Origin: Leucoraja erinacea
Taxonomy: Eukaryota
DNA length: 64,000 nt
Direction: 5' to 3'
Assembly: GCF_028641065.1 (NCBI RefSeq)
Contig: NC_073378.1
Coordinates: 13,578,001-13,642,000 of the forward strand
Shown: piece after piece, positions 26,040 to 64,000 of the stretch
How positions within the stretch are numbered: position 1 is the first letter of the stretch
How the letters are laid out: every line of letters begins with the position of its first letter
Notes under the pieces: model-generated
Databases searched by the model: none
The model's input: the letters and a program-made list of their open reading frames with translations, nothing else
What the model was told of the DNA's origin: nothing
Program-made: the position numbers and the translations under genes

Positions 26040-27785
26040 AATATACGGTACAAGGAGAGAGTTTGAGCTTGGAGTCAAGATATGTAGGTGAGGTACTAAA
26101 CAAGTACTTTGTATTTGTTTTCACGAGGGAGAAGGCATGGAGGAGAGTTTGATCAGTGTGGAGAATGCTAACATGCATGGGTGGTTTGAGATTAAAAACG
26201 TGTTGAGGCTCTTGAAGAGCAATAAGGTGGAATTAAGGGACAGAAGTTTAGGGGTAACATGAGGGGGAACTTCTTTACTCAGAGAGTGGTAGTGGTGTGG
26301 AATGAGCTACCAGTGGAAGTGGTGTCGGCAGGTTCGTTGGTATAATTTAAAAGTAAATTGGATAGGCGTATGGATGAGAAGGGATTGGAGGGTTATGGTA
26401 TATAGTGCAGGCAGGTAGGACTAAGGGAAAAAGTTGTTCGGCACGGACTTGTAGGGCCGAGATGGCCTGTTTCCGTGCTGTAATTGTTATATGGTTATTA
26501 TATCCCAGAGTTTGATGGGATGTATCCCAGGTTTTTCAGATCCTCTGTAACCATCTTCTCTAACCATTGATGAAGCCCCGGAGGACTGGAGCATGAATAA
26601 TGTTCCTTTGTATAAGAAGGGAAGTAGAGATAATCCAGGGGATTATAGGCCAGTGAGCCTTGCGTCAGTAATAGGGAAGCTATTGCAGAGGATTCTATGA
26701 AATAGGAATTACTACTATTTGAAAGAGAATGGGTTAATTAGGGACCGTCAGCATGGTGTTACTAACTTTACCGAGTTTTTTGAGAAAGTGACAAAGGTGA
26801 TTGATGAGGTTAGGACAGTGAATTTCTGGTTGGTGCATTATAGGAAGGATGTGGAGTCTTTGTGAAGGATGGAGAGGAGATTTATCAGAATAATGATTGT
26901 TGTCTCTGTACTGTACACTGACAATGACAATTAAAATTGAATCTGAATCTGAATCTGAATCTGGATTAGGGACTATTTAGAATTAGGGAAGAAGTTGGAC
27001 ACACTTGGTTACTTTTCTCTGGAATGCCGGAGATTGAGGGGATATGTTGGAGAAATATAAAATTATGAGCGACATAAATAGGATAGACAGTCAGAGTATT
27101 TTTCCCAGGATAGAAATATTAAATACTGCAGGGCATAACATCAAGGATAGAGGGGCAAAGTTTAAAGGAGATGTGCGGGGCAATTTTATTTACACAGAGG
27201 ATGGTAAGTTTAGAAGGATGAGGGCGGATCTTATAGAAACATATTAAATTATAAAAGGACTGGACAAGCTAGATGCAGGAAAAATTTTCCTAATGTTGGG
27301 CGAGTCGAGAACCAGGGACCACATACTTAGAATAAAGAGGAGGTCATTTAAGACTGAGGTGAGAAAAAACGTTTTCACCCAGAGAGTTGTGAATTTATGG
27401 AATTTCCTGCAACAGAGGGCAGTGGAGGCCAAGTCACTGGATGGATTTAAGAGAGAGTTAGATAGAGCTCTAGGGGATAGTGGAGTCAAGGGATATGGAG
27501 AGAAGGCAGGAACGGGGTACTGATTGGGGATGATCAGCCATGATCACAATGAATGGCGGTGCTGGCTTGAAGGGCCGAATGGCCTCCTCCTGCACCTATT
27601 TTCTATGTTTCTATGTTTCTAAATGTCTGGAACGTGCTGCCGGAGGTGGTGGTGGAGGTGGGCATGAGAGTAGCATTTTAAAAACTTCTGGATAGGCACA
27701 TGGATTTTCAGGGAGTGGAGGGATATGGATTATATCCAAACAGATACAGTTGGTCTTGGCCCATTCCTCTGCTGTACTATGCTCT
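26040..27785 (+). mobile_element. Old CR1 ORF2 remnant with three younger nested inserts
   Basis: Degraded PEDW..N.VPLYKKG..DNPGDYRPVSL coding segment. Inserts: TATATGGT-family CR1 ~26230-26500, (GAATCT)n SINE/LINE tail ~26896-26961, CTATGTTT-type CR1 ~27205-27620. Confidence 0.75.
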
Positions 27786-27919
27786 ATATAGGTTTTGTTG
27801 AGTTTTACTCTATTATTTTATTTGTGTTGTGTAGTTAAATTAAACACATCTGGTTCATTAATGTTCTTCAAGAAAGAATATCTACCATTCTCACCTGCAC
27901 TGGCTTATATTACCTTCTC

Positions 27920-28743
27920 CTAAATGTGGACAAAACCAAGGAGATTGTCGTCGACTTCAGAAAGAAAAATCAGCCCAGTCACACTCCGCTGTGCATCAAC
28001 AACTTAGCAGTGGAGCAGGTGAAAAGCATCAAGTTCCTGGGAGTGCATATAACGGATACCTTAACTTGGACTACAAACATTACATCTCTGGTAAAACGGG
28101 CACAGCAGCGGTTGTACTTCCTCCGCAGGATGAGAAGATCACACCTCCACCCTCCCATCCTCAACACATTCTACAGAAGCACCATTGAATCAGTCATGAC
28201 CAGCTGCATCTCTATGTGGTGCGGCAGCTGTACAGCTGCGGACTGGAAGTGCCTTCAGAGAGTGGTGAGGACAGCGGAAAAAATCATTGGGACTTCTCTT
28301 CCTTCCATCATGGACATTGGTTACAAACGCTGTCTGATTAGAGCTAAGGGCATTACCAGAGCCCCCACACACCCACAATATGGACTGTTTACACTGCTGA
28401 ACTCTGGGAGGAGGTACCGCAGCATGAAGAGCGGGACAACCAGGTTCTGCAACAGCTTCATCCCCCAGGCCATAAGACTATTGAACTCACAATCAAACCG
28501 ATGCTAGAACTTTCTTATACATTGCCACTTTTAAAAACTTTCCTATATATCTATTTTACAGAACTATGCACATGAAGCACTTTTTATGGGCACACTAAGC
28601 ACTTTTACTGATCGCCTGATATAAATGTTATATTCTGCTGCTACTTTGAAGAGTCAATGCAACGAAATTTCGTTCAATGTGCACTGTGTCTATGTGTATA
28701 CCTGAATGACAATTAAAGTTATATTCATTCATTCATTCATTCA
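27920..28743 (+). mobile_element. Rex1/Babar-like LINE, 5'-truncated, apparently young
   Basis: Uninterrupted 193-aa ORF 27926..28507 (KTKEIVVDFR, KFLGVHI, AQQRLYFLRR, SGRRYRS, FIPQAIRLLN); 3' stem-loop region and (ATTC)n tail. Confidence 0.88.
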
Positions 28744-28800
28744 TTATATCTGACGAGTTCTACCAATGTGGATGATTCTTAAATGTCCTCAAAAATCATT

Positions 28801-29570
28801 TAGAAACATAGAAACATAGAAATTAGGTGCAGGAGTAGGCCATTCGGCCCTTCGAGCCTGCACCGCCATTCAATATGATCATGGCTGATCATCCAACTCA
28901 GTATCCCGTACCTGCCTTCTCTCCATACCCTCTGATCCCCTTAGCCACAAGGGCCACAGCTAACTCCCTCTTAAATATAGCCAATGAACTGGCCTCGACT
29001 ACCCTCTGCGGCAGAGAGTTCCAGAGATTCACCACTCTCTGTGTGAAAAAAGTTCTTCTCATCTCGGTTTTAAAGGATAAACCCCTTATCCTTAAGCTGT
29101 GACCCCTTGTCCTGGACTTCCCTAACATCGGGAGCAATCTTCCTGCATCTAGCCTGTCCAACCCCTTAAGAATTTTGTAAGTTTCTATAAGATCCCCTCT
29201 CAATCTCCTAAATTCTAGAGAGTATAAACCAAGTCTATCCAGTCTTTCTTCATAAGACAGTCCTGACATCCCAGGAATCAGTCTGGTGAACCTTCTCTGC
29301 ACTCCCTCTATGGCAATAATGTCCTTCCTCAGATTTGGAGACCAAAACTGTACGCAATACTCCAGGTGTGGTCTCACCAAGACCCTGTACAACTGCAGTA
29401 GAACCTCCCTGCTCCTATACTCAAATCCTTTTGCTATGAAAGCTAACATACCATTCGCTTTCTTCATTGCCTGCTGCACCTGCATGCCTACTTTCAATGA
29501 CTGGTGTACCATGACACCCAGGTCTCACTGCATCTCCCCTTTTCCTAGTTGGCCACCATTTAGATAATAG
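28801..29570 (-). mobile_element. CR1 3' portion (CTATGTTT family)
   Basis: Open 204-aa ORF 28898..29512, CR1 ORF2 C-terminus. Confidence 0.92.
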
Positions 29571-29949
29571 CAGGGCACTTCATTTAAAATCAATAATGGA
29601 TCTACTGTAAATGTTGGCCATTGGTGCCCAGGTTACCAAGGTGACCAAGATAAATAAAAAAATCTTGAGTATTTCATTTTGTTGAAAGTTAACTGAAAAT
29701 ATTTGTGCTTTCAGCTTTGTCCTTGAAGTGTACACTTTCTCCCTATGAGGGAAGGTGCTTCCTTATACTTGGCCATTACCAGCGTGCAACAGGCTGTCAG
29801 TGAAGTTCCACAGTCTGTTAATCTTATCTCTTGTCTGTTGTCTGATTGCTCTCAATGGGGAAACCCCTGCTTCTGTTTAGCAGATGTAACATGAATAGCG
29901 ATTTGCTGGGGACGACCGCATGTTAACCTTCAAGCAGAGAATGATTTCA

Positions 29950-30415
29950 GGAATCAGTAGGTTAACCTATGATGAGTGTTTGACAGTGCTGGGCCTGTAC
30001 TCGCTGGAAGAAGGATGAGGAGGGACCTCATTGAAACGCACAGAATTGTGAAAGGCTTGGATAGAGTGGATGTAGAGAGGATGTTTCCACTAGTGGGAGA
30101 GTCTCGGACTAGAGATCATAGTCTCAGAATTAAAGGATGTTCTTTTAGGAAGGAAATTAGGAGGAATTTATTTAGTCAGGGAGTGGTGAATCTGTGGAAT
30201 TCTTTGCCACAGAAGGGTGTGGAGGCCGTTGGTGGATATATTTAACGCAGAGAGAGAGAGATTCTTGATTAGTATGGGTGTCAGAGATTATAGGGAGAAG
30301 GTAAGAGAATGGGGTTAGGAGGGAGAGGTAGATCAGCCATGATTGAATGGTGGAGTAGACTTGATGGGCCGAATGGTCTAATTCTATTCCTATCACATGA
30401 TCTTATAATCTTATG
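29950..30415 (+). mobile_element. CR1 3' fragment (further family)
   Basis: ORF 29976..30245 RDLIETH.IVKGLDRV..TRDHSL..WNSLP; tail gatcttataatcttat. Confidence 0.8.
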
Positions 30416-31289
30416 AAACAACTGTACTTCACCAAGAAAACGAATGTTAAATAGCGAGTGTGGTTTGCATCTGACCAAACATCAACAACAGTGGAATTGC
30501 AATAATGCATATGCATACATTGTAGTGGAGGCTGCTCCAGTGCACCCTGCCCCTACCCATTCCTAGAAAATTGTAATTCAAATTCTCATTATGTTCAGGC
30601 ATCTCTGAACACAGTATCAGAAGAACTGCTCCTCTTTCAGGAGGGATGAAGTGATGTGTTTTTTCTCGCCTTGATTGCATCAGGCAGAGAACTTCACTTA
30701 AATTTAAACTCCCGAATGGCTGGAGGGAAAACAATTTGGTTTGTTTGGAATACCTGTGTCATTGCACACTTGTAACCATGATGTTAATGATCTCGTGCTT
30801 TTGTTTAAATTGCATTGGGTTAAAGAAGGCGAGTGAACTGTTATTAGAAGGTAAAAACATTTCTTCACACATTTTGGTTTCTGGTGTGGTGACAGAACTT
30901 TGACTGGTGGTGACAAAAGTTCATTCTTAATATCCTGAATCTATTGTCAAAGAGTCATAGTCATGCAGCAATCAGAGTTATACAGTGTGAAAACAGGCCC
31001 TTCGGCCAAAATTATCTGAGCTGACCAACTTTCCCCATCTACACATAGAAACATAGAAAATAGGTGCAGGAGGAGGCCATTCGGTCCTTCGAGCCAGCAC
31101 CGCCATTCATTGTGATCATGGCTGATCGTCCCCCATCAATAACCACTGCCTGCCTTCTCCCCATATCCCTTGACTCCACTAGCCCCTAGAGCTCTATCTA
31201 ACTGCCAGACACAAGTCCCACCTGGCCCATATCCCTCTAAACCTATCCTATCCGTGTACCTGGCCAAGTGCTTTTTTTTTGATTACCAG

Positions 31290-31602
31290 TTTAGTTTAGT
31301 TATACAGCCTGGAAACAGACCATTCGGCCCACCGATTCCACATCTACCATTGACCAACCCTTCACACTAGTTCTATGTTATCCCACTTTCTCATTCACTC
31401 CCGACAAACTCAGGGCAAGTTACAGAGGCCCAATTAACCTATAAACCTGCACATCTTGAAGATGTGGGAGGAAACCGGAGCACCCGAAGGAAACCCACGT
31501 GGTCACAGGGGGAGCATGCAAACTCCATTCTGACAGCACTCAAGGTCAGGATAGAACCCGGGTCTCTGGCGCTGTCAGGCAGCGGCACTACCTGCTGTGC
31601 CA
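31290..31602 (-). mobile_element. V-SINE (HE1-like), near full length
   Basis: Minus strand has a tRNA-like head (gtggcacagcaggtagtgccg...cgggttctatcc), V-domain (tggagtttgcatgctccccctgtgaccacgtgggtttcc) and (CTAAA)n tail. Confidence 0.8.
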
Positions 31603-32033
31603 CAAATTGTCTTCTACTTCATTGCATTTGCCTGTCTTAATTTGCCTGTTTACTTTAAGAATTAAAGTTCCAAATGTTGATGGTAACGGGCCTAATTAAC
31701 GTGGATACTCAATGTGTCTCGGTGATCTTTCTCTTGAAGATTACACTGGTTATTTGGCAACCTGTTGAAATGTCAATGTTGGTTCAGGTCACAGTTAAAC
31801 TCAGGCCAAAATATCATAGTAAAACATCAAATTAAAATTTACAGTGCTCTATTCAGCTCTCTGGTAATGAGGTTGAGAGCTGGGCACCTGCAAAATATCC
31901 AGTACATGGTTTTGGCTGTAAAACAGTAGATGTGGAAACCAAGGAGATGTCACAAAAGGGTGGCAGTCAACCAGTACTATTACATTCAACTGCAGGCTGG
32001 AGGCCAAAATAGAACCAATTAGACCTTTGAAAG

Positions 32034-32039
32034 TTTATT
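32034..32039 (-). promoter_or_regulatory. Candidate polyadenylation signal AATAAA for the exon F isoform
   Basis: tttatt on the + strand, ~515 nt past the stop codon in unique sequence. Confidence 0.4.
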
Positions 32040-32552
32040 TTACATTCTATCTGATTAAGAGTTTTTCAGATCTGGAGAGGATTAAGACAAAAACATTTTG
32101 AAACCTTAATTGACTCATTTAATTCACAGTTTCACCAGCCTGACATTTCAGTGCAAAGGGCGTGAAAGCTCATGCTGGTTGGGATCATTTACTGTCCCTT
32201 GTGCTTCTTTTTGGATGCTTTAAAATGATAAATACACATCATTAATGAATAAAAGCCTAGTTACATTTTTTTTAAACTGGCAGCAAATGAATATAAATAA
32301 TGAGATTGACTAAATTAACTACAATCAAATCAGACTGCCACACTCTTGGTGGAAGGATAAATAAACCAAAATGATGGGCGTACATTTTTATGAGTCTGTA
32401 CCATTTTTACCCAAACACATTTTTCTAAACCTAAACCATATTGTGTTTTACTGGAAGGGATAAGTAAAGGTGGTTCAACAAGGTTGAGGCAAATCACAAT
32501 GAGTAGTGTCCTGACTGAAAAGGGAAGGTGCAACGGGTTCAGTCAATGCAGC

Positions 32553-63586
<31,034 letters not shown>

Positions 63587-64000
63587 CTGTAGGGGAAGAA
63601 AGGTAAAAGGAATTAACGATAGTCACAATTCATTGAACAATGTCTTGTGACAATTCCTGCTGCAAGGTAAAAAGTTGACTTTGGTCACAAACCCTAAATG
63701 TAATATATTGTAGCCATTGTAAGCTATGGCCTAGTTCCCACATGTGCTTCCGTTGAGGTTGATGAAAGTTCAGAACTGGAGTGCAAGTTGCCATTTGCAC
63801 ATAAACATATGTGCCTGAGGTTGAATGTAGACTTCTAAGATTTCAGTACTCCGATTTCCTTTAGGTTCTTGTTCTCATTAAGTTGAATTAGCTTGTGCTG
63901 ATCAGGAACAGGCTTTGCTGTACAAATATTCAATTATAACCTAATCAGTAAATTAATATTAGGAAAGCACAGATACTTGAAAACTTTAATAAAAATAGAA

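Overview
Eukaryotic (vertebrate) genomic DNA. The repeat content (V-SINE/HE1-like SINEs, CR1 LINEs with CTATGTTT/TATATGGT tails, Rex1/Babar, Penelope) points to a cartilaginous fish, probably a skate or ray; this is inference. The only host gene I can support is the 3' half of a myosin light chain kinase gene on the minus strand, whose kinase core is most like MYLK4. I assembled 7 exons between 32553 and 63586, all with canonical AG/GT ends and consistent phases. The main finding is two homologous, phase-2-start exons for the end of the kinase domain. One is MYLK4-type (51622-51700). The other is MYLK2/MYLK3-type (40751-40883) and leads into an intact 1-5-8-14 calmodulin-binding exon (32553-32633). 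Splicing could therefore switch one gene between a Ca2+/CaM-regulated and an unregulated kinase, and the second exon may be read in two frames. The rest is mostly transposable elements: several CR1 families (one ~3.8 kb copy with esterase ORF1, APE and RT), Rex1/Babar and L2 fragments, tRNA-derived SINEs, Harbinger-like palindromic MITEs, and many Penelope-derived hairpins with minimal hammerhead-like motifs. There is one assembly gap and two garbled, probably mis-assembled, CR1 copies. Nearly all ORFs in the supplied track are TE fragments or noise. Repeat boundaries are approximate; exon boundaries were counted base by base.
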